Source of the DNA: Octopus sinensis | Lineage: Eukaryota | Assembly: GCF_006345805.1 (NCBI RefSeq) | Contig: NC_043015.1 | Location: 51,460,001-51,524,000, forward strand | DNA: 64,000 nt | Reading direction: 5' to 3' | Shown here: piece by piece, positions 52,616 through 64,000 of the stretch | Position numbering within the stretch: the stretch's first letter is position 1 | Layout of the letters: every line of letters starts with the position of its first letter | Translations under genes and position numbers: made by a program | The notes under the pieces: generated by a model | The model's database searches: none | The model's input: only the letters and a program-made list of their open reading frames with translations | Told to the model about the DNA's origin: nothing

Positions 52616-53791
52616 GTGTGTATACATATACACACACGCACATATATATATACACATATTTACTTACACACGCATAATATATACAGGTAAGGTAACTATA
52701 GAAAAATACGAGTGCGTGTATGATTGTGTGTATGTATATATATATACAAACATACATACATACACACACACATACATACCCCCCCATACATACATACATA
52801 TTTATGTTTGCGCACGCGTGTGTGTGTTTGCAAATAAAGAATTAGAACTGGTAGATAATGTATGCGATTTATTTGGTGGAGTAAGTTGGAATGTGATGTG
52901 TCGCTCTAAGTAAATGGAAAAAGAAACAGAGAGAAAAGGAGAAGAAGCGGCACAAAAAATTCCACCTCCCACCAAAAGAAACCTACCGATTATTATTATT
53001 ATTATTATTATTATTGCTTCCCCCTTTCTCCTCATCCCCTCCCTCCCGTGTCGTATTTGTACCTGTATAGTATGTCATTGTGTCTTTTTCCATTTAAACT
53101 GAATAAACTTTCAATATTTCTATGCAAGTTTAGTGAAAGTTTATAGCTTTTAGACGGTGACATTCCAAACTTGAAAATTTTCTGTTATTGTCGGAGGGTT
53201 AAGGGGGTAAAAAAAGCCCCCCAACAAAAATCATAGAAAAAAAAAATAACACAAATGAAAAACAAGAAGTCCCCAACAAGAAACGGGTGGGAGCGAAGGA
53301 TAAAGTGAAGGATAAAGAGAAAAAGAATGGATGAGAATTTAAGAGAAGACATATGCGTAGAGTGAGTGCAAAAGCTCTCCCGCAACGATATTAATAAATA
53401 TGATTATTTATTTATTAATTTATTTATTTTGTTTAATATAAAATATTTTCTTTTAAAATCTGGCGTAGTTTTAACGAAATAATTCTAAAGATGTGATGAA
53501 AAAAAATCTTCAACAAGATTTCATTGTAAGTTGCGTCAGATTTTGTTAAAGACTGCGTAAGTTTATATACATTTATATTATGATAATGTAGAATTTTCAC
53601 CCACACACATATACACACACATATATGTATACAAATACACACAAACATATATATGTGTATATATATATTTAAGTGCGTGTTACACACACGCGCTCATGTG
53701 TTATACTTTAACAAATATAATATTGGCAGTAACTTCGACGTTTCGGTTAGCTAAGCCTTCCTGGGACGGTTTCGTCTACATTATTCCACAC

Positions 53792-54521
53792 ACTTTGCCT
53801 TTAATCTCCTTCATGGTAGATAAATCAAGTACCAGCCGAGCAGTGGGGTCAAAGTAGCCGACTCACCTCCATTCTGCTGGGCTTTTGACAAAATTTGAAA
53901 CCAGTATTAATAATATGAACAAGGCGGCGAGATGCTAGTCGTTAGCACGCTGGGTAAAATGCTTAGCGGCTTTTCGTCCGTCTTTACGTTCTGAGTTCAA
54001 ATTCCACCGCGGTCGACTTTATCTTTCATCCTTTCGGGGTCGATAAAATAAGTACCAGGTGAGCTCCGGGGTGAGCCAGATGTGATACAGCACCGTTTCG
54101 TTGAAACCAAAAGTTTTCGTCCTTCTAAATCTAATTTAGTTTGAATATATAAATATATAATATGTTTAATTTAGAATAATCGTTTCTATTTTATGCACAA
54201 TGCTTGAAAATTTTGAGTATAAGGTTGGTCGATTATATCGACTCCGGTGCTCATCCGGTACTTATTTTATCGACCCCGAAAGGATGAAAGACAAAGTCGA
54301 CCTCGGTGGAATTTGAACTCAGAACATAAAGACGGACGAAAAGCCGCAAAGCATTTTACCCAGCGTGCTAACGACTAGCATCTCGCCGCTTTGTTCATAT
54401 TATTAATACTGGTTTCAAATTTTGACAAAAGCCCAGCAGAATGGAGGCGAGTCGGCTACTTTGACCCCACTGCTCGGCTGGTACTTGATTTATCTACCAC
54501 GAAGGAGAATAAAGGCAAAGT
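53792..54521. repeat. Inverted duplication of a two-SINE junction (~278-bp arms, ~175-bp spacer)
   Basis: 53792-54069 versus 54244-54521 reverse complement, including the unique linker ccagtattaataatatgaacaa. Confidence 0.85.
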
Positions 54522-54993
54522 CGACCTTGGTGGCATTTGATCTGAGAACAAAGACGCACGAAATGTCGCTAAGCATTTTGTCCTAAGCGTTTTGGCGAGC
54601 TAACGACGGCCTGCTCACCACCTTTGTCTAATTTAGAATAACAAAGTAATTATGTGGCATACAGATCGTAGCTCGAACGATTTTATGCGACCTACAGAAC
54701 CATTTTCTGATATCTCGGCCCGCAAAGGTATATATTTCTCACTCCAACATTCAATGATGAATCTTAAAGGATGTAGGGTTACAGTCTCGACATGGGTTAT
54801 GCTCTTCACTCTCCAGTCTGCAGGAGTACGGAGGCTACTCGATTAGAGTGCCACAATTGCTCCGCTACACATCCCACTTCGTCGAGTCCCATGATTTCTG
54901 ACGACGCTCGCATATGAAAAAAAACCCCAAAAAATTTTCAATAGCAAATCTACATCGTTCGACCGGCATAAATCCAGCGATCATTTCGTTTTC

Positions 54994-55149
54994 AGGAGTG
55001 GCTGTGTGGTAAATAGCTTGTTTACCGACCACATGGTTCTGGGTTCAGTCCCACTGCTTGGCACCTTGGGCAAGTGTCTTCTACTATTGACTCGGGCCGA
55101 CCAAAGCCTTGTGAGTGGCTTTGGTAGACGGAAACTGAAAAGAAGCCCG

Positions 55150-55206
<57 letters not shown>

Positions 55207-55431
55207 CATGTGTGTGTTTGTGTGTCTGTGTTTGTCCCTCTAGCATTACTTGACAACCGGTGCTGGTGTGTTTATGTCCCCGTTACTTAGCGGTTCGGCA
55301 AAAGAGACCGATAGAATAAGTACTGGGCTTACAAAAGAATAAGTCCCGGGGTCGAGTTGCTCGATTAAAGGCGATGCTCCAGCATCGCCGCAGTCAAATG
55401 ACTGAAACAAGTAAAAGAGTAAAAGAGTAAA
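54994..55431 (+). mobile_element. SINE family A, full length
   Basis: Colinear with family A; gtaaaagagtaaaagagtaaa tail. Confidence 0.9.
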
Positions 55432-56360
55432 GTGTAATATACACCTTTTGGATTACATCCCCCAGTACATTTAACCATTTTTAAGAAGGCAGAGTATTAA
55501 ACAATGCAGATTTTGCTGCAGATTTTGTCAATCCGTGTAACCACATGACGCGTTCTTCGTTAGCTCGTCAATGGTTTATGGGAATTTCACACATGTTCAC
55601 ACATACGCATAAGGAGGAGTCTTAATCGAGTTTCAATTTGGTCTTCGCAGTTAAAGTAATTCTAAATAATAATTGCAACTCATGAATATTGAAAGCGGTT
55701 CGTTGGAAGACGGGTCACGTTTGTAACAGAAGAGGAAACACACAGGGGTTTGGCCTGGCTTGTTTATATATGGGGTGTAAAAGGCTGTGGGGCGAGTCAG
55801 ATTACAGTATAAGTGTAATTAATAAGCAGGACTCCATTGAAAGAGAGAGCGGGTCGTCACAAGCACGTCGATTCTGTCTTTAGAAGTGATTTAAATAAAA
55901 CCCCCGTTTTCTAATTACGCGTGCGCACACATATACACACACGGGTATACACGCACAGACACACATACACACACGTATACATACGCGTGCTGTAATTATG
56001 TTGGATCCTCCATCGGTTTCGACGATGAGTATTCAGTTGCTCGGTCAACAGAACTACCCACACGTTAGATTAAAGTATACATGACTGAGTATTCCGCACA
56101 CGTGTGCATCCTTAATGACATGTAATTTTCAGGCAGAATCAGCTGAAACAATACGTAGCAAAAATATCGAAAAATGAATATTTATTTTTAAAATCTAATT
56201 TTATGGTTCGTGACAAACTGAAGTATATTTCAATCTACTGATCTCATTTGATGAAGACATTAGCCGATCGAAACATGTGGCCGGTTGTCACGAATCTAAA
56301 GAATTATTTTGTTTATGCATAAAAACAAAAAACAAACAAACATATACCGTACATGCATTA

Positions 56361-56559
56361 TTCTTTTATCTGTTTCAGTCATGTTGACTACGACCATGCT
56401 GTAGCACCGCCTTTAGTCGAACACATCGGCCCCAGGATTTATTCTATCGGTCTCTTAGCCGAACTGCTAAGTTTCGGGGACATAGACACACCAACATCGG
56501 TTGTCAAGCGAAGGTGGGGTGGGGGACAAACATACACACACAAACACACACACACACAC

Positions 56560-56613
<54 letters not shown>

Positions 56614-56789
56614 TACATACATATATAACGGACTTCTTTCAGTTTCCGTCTAGCAAATCCACTCACAAGGCTTTGGTCGGCTCGAGGCTACAGTAGAAGA
56701 CACTTGCCCAAGGTGCAACGCAGTGGGACTGAACTCGGAACTATGTGGTTGGGAAGCAAGCTACTTACCACACAGCCACTCCTGCGCCT
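56361..56789 (-). mobile_element. SINE family A
   Basis: Colinear with family A. Confidence 0.85.
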
Positions 56790-57547
56790 AATGTTTCTAG
56801 CATTGCGTAGATGTTCTAACAGCCTCTGTCATATTTAGTGACAATTATAGTTTTCATTCTTGGTGATACATTGTAAAGGAGCACTCCGTCGGTTGCGACG
56901 ACGAGGGTCCCAGCTGATACGATCAACCGAACTGCTTGCTCGTGAAATTAACGTGCAAAGTGGCTGAGCACTCCACAAACACGTGTACTCATAACGAAGT
57001 TCTCGGGGAGATTCAGCATGACACAGAGTGTGACAAGGCTGGCCCTTTGAAATACAGGCACTACTCATTTTTGCCAGCTGAATAGACTGGAACAACGTTA
57101 AAATAAAGTGTCTTGCTCAAGGATACAACGCGCCGCCGGGAATTGAACCCACAACCTTACGATCATGAGCCGAATGCCCATAACCACTAAGCCACACGCC
57201 TTCACAATACATTGTAAACTGCTGCCAAATTTAATTACACACTTATGTGTGTGTGTGTGTCGTTGAGCTTTTATGGCTTTGAGTTAGTTTAACTCTTATC
57301 TTTAGCAAAAGTAGTACTAGGTAGTACACTTTGTCACTTTTGTGACCCCTATAAATTATGCCTTTAGGCTCTGATTAATAATAAGCCACACTTTTTAAAT
57401 TTGTTATATATATATATATATATGTTGATAAAAGGAATTCCAACCTTGTCTGATTTTCACGTTTTATTTACAATCTTATAATGATATAATATAATATAAT
57501 ATAATGAAATAAAATAAAATAATACAATGTTAAATGTTCATTCTGAT

Positions 57548-57592
57548 TGAACTAGTACTTTCATGCATTAAATTCTGCAATCTTCAGGTTCA
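57548..57592 (-). ncRNA. Type I minimal hammerhead ribozyme with intact core
   Basis: Exact reverse complement of 57695-57739. Confidence 0.75.
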
Positions 57593-57694
57593 TGTAGTAG
57601 TGGTGACAGTCATGCTTCACAATTTTTGACAGTCAAAAATTGTGAAGCATGACTGTCACCACTACTACATGATCATGGAGTCACCACTACTACA

Positions 57695-57739
57695 TGAACC
57701 TGAAGATTGCAGAATTTAATGCATGAAAGTACTAGTTCA
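57695..57739 (+). ncRNA. Type I minimal hammerhead ribozyme with intact core
   Basis: TGAAC-CTGAAGA-T-TGCA-gaatttaa-TGCA-T-GAAA-GTAC-TA-GTTCA: 5-bp stem I, palindromic stem III, CUA triplet. Confidence 0.75.
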
Positions 57740-57929
57740 ATCAGAATGAACATTTAACATTCTATTATTTTATTTTATTATATTATATTATATTATATCA
57801 TTATAAGATTGTAAATAAAACGTGAAAATCAGACAAGGTTGGAATTCCTTTTATTAATATATTCTTCTATACACAATCACACACACCCGTAAATATATAT
57901 ATATATTTAAGGGCTGGTAACGATTAACT

Positions 57930-58080
57930 CCATGATCTCTGCGAGACTCCCTATCGATTAACGTTACTTCAGAGATCCTTCGAAGGAACCTTATTATGAC
58001 CGCTTGCATCTGCGATGGTACTCTTTCGGTCATTATCCAACATTCACACCCATAAGTGTGAAAAGGCATGAGAACCAAAT
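57930..58080 (-). mobile_element. Decayed RTE-clade LINE fragment
   Basis: MPFHTYGCECWIMTERVPSQMQAVIIRFLRRISEVTLIDR matches the RTE pattern LTYGxExW...QAxEMRFLRRIxGVTxxDR. Confidence 0.7.
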
Positions 58081-58760
58081 TGCTGAAGATAGCAAGGTAG
58101 TATCTTTTGGAACCTCTTCCTTTCTGGGAGTCGAATGCTGGACCTGAAGCATCACTGTGCCAGTGGCTACAATTCCTGCTCCAAATTCAGCCGCCAGCTT
58201 CCCTTAACTCATGGATACGTCCTCGAGATACTTAATCTTGACCACTGATAATTAATTCAATTATCTAAATTTACAGAGCTATCCAACCCGTTTAATAAAT
58301 TTAATCTACACTAAATTTCATCACCTGACTTTTCCTGCATCAACAAAGCAAGAACATTTTCGTAAGGTGAAATTAGAATGGTTTCCTTTAGCGTTCGTAA
58401 GGTCGTTGGCAGGACCGAAAAGGTAATGGTGAAACTAATTAAACACTTTGATAATGCTTATTTACACCAAAGCCAATTGGGTCTTTTGTAATTATGCGTC
58501 TCACTCTAACGCAGTTTGGAATATCTTATTAAGGATATCGTTCGAATATCGAAAAATTTCCGGAACATCCAGCTGGAAGTACACTTTTACAGCCTAGATT
58601 CAAAAGTCTAGGCAATTTTTATAGATTTGAAGACCCTGTTACTATTACTGTTTTTTTTTTATTCCTTGTTCATTTCTGTGAAGTTCCATTAATTGAAACG
58701 AGTGACTGATCGCGAGCTCCAAAATATTTAAAAAATTCTCTCTGTTTATTTCGTCGTGTT

Positions 58761-58798
58761 TCTGTCTGTTGAAGAGCGTAAGCTCGAAACGTAAAAGA
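58761..58798 (+). ncRNA. Minimal HHR-like motif with CUGUUGA core variant
   Basis: tctgt-CTGTTGA-A-GAGC-GTAA-GCTC-GAAA-CG-TA-aaaga; GNRA-capped stem II; adjacent inverted repeat at 58856-58945. Confidence 0.45.
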
Positions 58799-59082
58799 CT
58801 TTCTCACCTTCCCGAGCGTTAAAGTAATACACCTGTTTGTTGTTTATACACCTATCTTCGTCTTTTTTCTTCTCTAAATTTCAACTATATACATACATAT
58901 ATATATATATGTAGCTGAAATTTACAGAAAAAAAGACGAAGGAAGGTGAGTGTGTGATAGATATATATAAGTGAACAAAGTGTACGTACGCCGCTACACA
59001 CACACACACACATATATATATAATACAAAATGGGACAAGAACGCAAAACATCCAGATAGACAATACAAAAGACAATATAAAC

Positions 59083-59122
<40 letters not shown>

Positions 59123-59960
59123 GTATATACATATGTATATATGTATATATATTTATGTGTATGTGTCTTTGTCTCTGTTTTTCCCCACCCCATCGCTTGA
59201 CAACCGATGTTGGTGAATTTATGCCCTCGAAACTTAGTAGTTCGGCAAATGAGACCGATAGAACAAGTACTAGGCTCACAAAGAATAAGTTCTGGTGTCG
59301 ATTTCTTCGACTAAAAGTGGTGCTCCAGCATGGCCGCAGTCAAAGTGACTGAAACGTGTAATAAAAAAGTAATATACACACTCGTGTACCATACAATGCT
59401 CCTGCTGTTTACGAAAATGCGCTGTACCTTATCATTGTACTTATATATTTACATCTATATTGACTGAATCATCAAGATTTCAGAATCTTTGTTATTTCTG
59501 TGGTCGACAAGATAGGAAATGTTTATCCTTGGGGCGACAGACGTTCACACCTATCTAACTCGGTTAGATGAAAATTTTGCTGATTGAATTAGTCTAGTTT
59601 TTAACTACTTCGAAGCACTATCTGTATAAAAATAGGAAATTTGCCCCTCACCTCGGCAAATTTTCATTTACACCGTCTAAACATTACAATTTTCTGAAAT
59701 CATCTCTTTTGATATGGAGATAACCAATACCATTCCATGAGTACACGTTCTAACTACAGACGAAAACGAAAACAATCTTAGCCTCAGACCCAAATTGTTA
59801 CTTCTGCTGATTAATATAGCATCTGATTATCTATCTATCAATCTACAACGTTATCTATCTTTTTTTCTTTCAAAAAGGAAAGCTCTGCATTGTATTTTGT
59901 ACCCTCTTTGTTCGGCCTTGTGTGGCTAATAAAGAAGCTTATGTATCTATCCATCCATCC

Positions 59961-59997
<37 letters not shown>

Positions 59998-60181
59998 CCT
60001 ACATACCTATCGATCTATCCGTCTACCTGCCGGTCTGTCTCTCTCACTCTGTCTGTCTGTCTGTCTCTATTTGGTCAGCTCGGTAACTATATTTTTCTAA
60101 AAAACAATGTGTTGAGTTCAATCAACAGCGCTTTGTTTCGTCCGAGAACATGTCATGGAATAAACAATAAGGCAGAGTGCC

Positions 60182-60260
<79 letters not shown>

Positions 60261-60409
60261 ACACGGGTGTGTATGATTGTGTATTGAAGAATATATTACT
60301 CAAAGAAATTCCAACTTTGATTTTCACGTTTTATTTACAATCTTATAATAATATAATACAAGATAATGCAATATAATGAAATGATAGAATATTAAATGTC
60401 CATTTTGAA

Positions 60410-60454
60410 TAAACTAGTACTTTCATGCATTAAGCTATGCAATCTTCAGGTTCA
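60410..60454 (-). ncRNA. Type I minimal hammerhead ribozyme of the same family as 57695, in a single pLTR-like arm (~60300-60454)
   Basis: TGAAC-CTGAAGA-T-TGCAT-agctta-ATGCA-T-GAAA-GTAC-TA-GTTTA. Confidence 0.7.
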
Positions 60455-60531
60455 CAAACGAAAGGACTATTAATAGTTTCATGCTATTTCGATGCGTGAA
60501 CAGGAATATTAAATATATACATGGAGTGAGG

Positions 60532-60563
<32 letters not shown>

Positions 60564-60699
60564 GATCGACAGAAACATAAGAGCATGGGAATAGAGGAGG
60601 CGATGGTGGTGTAAGTGGAAAAAGATAGTTTGATAGTTAATTAAAGATAGCTAATTAACGGTCTATCTATCTGCTCGTCCGTCCGTCATCCATCCGCCC

Positions 60700-60739
<40 letters not shown>

Positions 60740-60951
60740 ATCTGTCTGTCTCTCTATCAAATCTATCAATCCTTAATTCATTCTTTTTATATTTTTGTTA
60801 TTTTTCAATATATTTTATGTTTGAAAAAAAGGAAGAAATTTCTTATTTTGTAGAATTTCCCTCCAAATGCTGAAGTTTGGGGAAGACACACACGATTGAT
60901 CGGAGATGAACAGCAGATATAGATACAAAATACACATTCATGCATGCATAC

Positions 60952-60999
<48 letters not shown>

Positions 61000-61508
61000 T
61001 ACATATATGCGTACTTACAATTAATCATGTATATATACATACAAATAGACATATGTTATATATGTAAATACATTCATAAAATATAGGTGTGTAAAATGTA
61101 TACAAAATTTTACACTCATACACTTCCAAAATTAAACAAATTAATTGGTGTGTGTGTATATACATACAGACATACACACACACATGCGCACACATGCATA
61201 TATATGTAGACATACATGCATATAAGGATATATATGTATATGTATAATACATATGATTTATAAATATGCATGCATATATATATATATATACACACATATA
61301 TACATGTAATTGTATGCATGTATGTACTGAAGGTGTGCGTGCGTGTGTGTGAAAAAGGGCGGCAATGATAATGTAAACAACGTTGCAAAAATTAAAGATT
61401 AAATAAATAAATAACTCGAACTGTGACACCTAGCAAAAACCTTACTTCACATCTTGCTTGCGTTTTACTTCGCTAGTTACGTCCCTTCATTTTTTAATAC
61501 ACACACAT

Positions 61509-61557
<49 letters not shown>

Positions 61558-61653
61558 TAGATAGATATATAAACACATAGACAGACAGACAGATCACACC
61601 CCACTTCATTGCACCTCGTAACACCAAACTCTCAGCAATATTCTAGCACTTTC

Positions 61654-61685
<32 letters not shown>

Positions 61686-62008
61686 TATTATTATTATTAT
61701 TACTACTACTTTTTATCATTTAGTTAAGTTTTTTGTGTGTCATCTCCATTTTTTAATATATTTTTCATGTATTTACTGGAAGTTGTAATTTTGCAAACAC
61801 AGATATTTGAAATAAATTCTGATATGTTATAATAATTATTATTATTACAACTATTATTATTATTATTATTATTGTTGTTGCTGATGCTGTTATCGCTATT
61901 AGTTTTTGAAAATTTTATTCGTAGTTAATTAAAAAAAAGTGTTTGAAAATACCTTGTATTTGAAAATATAGAGAAAAACAAACTATATATATATATAGAC
62001 ACGCACAA

Positions 62009-62072
<64 letters not shown>

Positions 62073-62809
62073 CGCAAACAGACACATATATATATATAAT
62101 TTATATTAGAAAATTAAAAAAAAAATCTTTCAAAACAGAAACACTCACACAAAAATATTATTTTTCTTGTATTTTTTGTCTTTCTTAATTTTGATATTTT
62201 TAAAAGGGGTGTCAGCCTCTGAGCAAGGGGGATGCCGCCTGTTGAGGTGGGGTGATGATGATAACGACGTCGACGATGACGTCATTAATGATGGTGATGA
62301 TGATGATGATGATAATGATGTTCTATTATCTTTTATGTTTTCATTTTGTTCTTGTTTCAATCACTAGACTGCGGCCATGCTGGGGCACTGCATTGAAGGA
62401 ATTTTAATCGAACGAATCGACCCCAGTACTTATTTGTTTTTTGTTTTTTAATGCTTTGTGCTTATTTCATTGTTCTCTTTTGCCGAGCCGCTAAGTTACG
62501 GGAACGTAAACACACCAATAAACACAGACATAAAGGCACACCACACACACAAATATGTATATATATACGACGGGCTTCTTTCTGTTTCCGTCTACCAAAT
62601 CCATGCAGTAGGAATTGAACTTGAAACCATGTGGTTGGGAAGCAAACTTCGTACCACACAGCCACACCTGACGATGATGATGATCATCATGATGTAATAT
62701 CCCTCCTACACACACACACACACACACACACGCCGATTAAGGCTGTTCCTACAATCAACTTCTTTACATTGTTAGCACCGAGTTCTATCTTCCATTATCT
62801 TTTTCCCAC

Positions 62810-63700
62810 GCTATCATCATCATCATCATCATCGTCATGATCATCATCTTCACCACCAGCATCAGCACCATCATTATCTGCAGCATCATCATCACCACTA
62901 CCAGAATACCAATACCTTTATTCCCAACATCAGCAGCAGCATCACCACCACAACCAGCGCCACTACCACCAAAAACATCAACATCATTATCAACATCAAA
63001 AACAACACCCGCACCAAAAATATCAGTACCACCACCACCACTACCACCACCAACATTTCCAACACCATCACCATCGCCACCATCATTTTGACAACGACGA
63101 CCGCCACCACCACCATCATCATCATCATTACTGCTATCACCACCACCACCACCCCACAACTAACATTTCCAACATCATCACCATCGCTATCATCATCTAG
63201 ACAAGACAACAGCCATCACCACCACTGCTATCACCACCACCACCGCCACTACCATCACTACCACCACCTCACAACCAACATTTCCATCACCATCACCACC
63301 ATCATCTTGACAACGACGACCGCCACCACCACCACCATCATCATCATCATTACTGCTATCACCACCACCACCACTACCACCACCCCACAACCAACATTTC
63401 CAACATCATCACCATCGCCACCATCATTTTGACAACGACGACCGCCTCCACCCCTCCCCCCACAACCAACATTTCCAACACCATCACCATCTTGACAACA
63501 ACCACCATCATCATTACTGCTATCACCACCACCACCACCACCATCATCATCATCATCGTCATCATCATCATCTTCACCATCACCATCATCATCTTGACGA
63601 CAGCCACCACTACCACCACTACCACCACCATCACCACCACCGTCAATATAACTCCCATCACCCACCTACATCATAACCTCCGCCGCCGCCGTCGCCATCT
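62810..63700. repeat. (CAC/CAT/CAA)n compound trinucleotide tract with recurring longer units
   Basis: ccacaac(c/t)aacatttccaaca(t/c)catcaccatcgc...ttgacaacgacgaccgcc recurs 3-4 times. Confidence 0.85.
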
Positions 63701-64000
63701 GCAGGGTTCACAGCTGAGAAACGTCCCCTAATTATACAAGATGATCACAACATGCATTACATCTGTTCTGTGCAAGAATCTGTTTTTTCCCTTTGCTGTT
63801 GGTGTTTGAAATTTTGTTTTTCCTCCACTGTTGTTGCCTGGCCATGTTTTCCATGTTTCCAATTATATGGATTCCAGACTCCACTACGAAAGACAACACT
63901 GAATGAATCCCCCCCATTCTCTCTCTCTCTCTCTCTCCTTCCCAATCACCTCCCACCACTACGACTATGGCTACGACCACAGGCATCGGGATCGAGTCGC

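Larger units (their letters stand above)
57428..57854. mobile_element. Very young palindrome (~200-bp arms, 1-nt loop at 57631) carrying an HHR in each arm
   Basis: Arms differ only by one substitution, microsatellite length and a 25-nt insertion that duplicates gtcaccactactacatga. Confidence 0.9.

Noticed and set aside
56250-56285. TTGATGA...GATC-GAAA-CATG-TG HHR-like motif
   Set aside because: G at position 17, C3 changed and no stem I
62785-63731. Mucin-like Thr/His-rich protein
   Set aside because: Several frames on both strands are open because of trinucleotide repeats; no splice or start support

Overview
AT-rich, microsatellite-laden eukaryotic DNA. The SINE repertoire resembles octopus/coleoid families; this assignment is from memory, not a search. 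The window is mostly intronic or intergenic and has no intact long ORF: nearly all ORF-track hits are translations of simple repeats or SINEs. It contains at least five tRNA-headed SINE families in many copies, a complete but dead mariner element (37-bp TIRs, TA target), an hAT-type MITE with an 8-bp TSD, decayed CR1 and RTE LINE pieces, and a decayed Penelope-like GIY-YIG endonuclease. It also has several minisatellites (34, 34, 37, 42 bp), a ~1-kb tandem duplication, several inverted duplications and a few unassigned candidate exons. The most notable signal is a set of small type I hammerhead ribozyme (HHR) motifs from several distinct families. They have short palindromic or near-palindromic stem III (dimer-type) and often sit in young fold-back palindromes (5.2-5.4, 10.3-10.8, 57.4-57.9 kb). 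This looks like a population of non-autonomous Penelope-associated ribozyme elements. All alignments, folds and coordinates were done by eye and are approximate at element edges.
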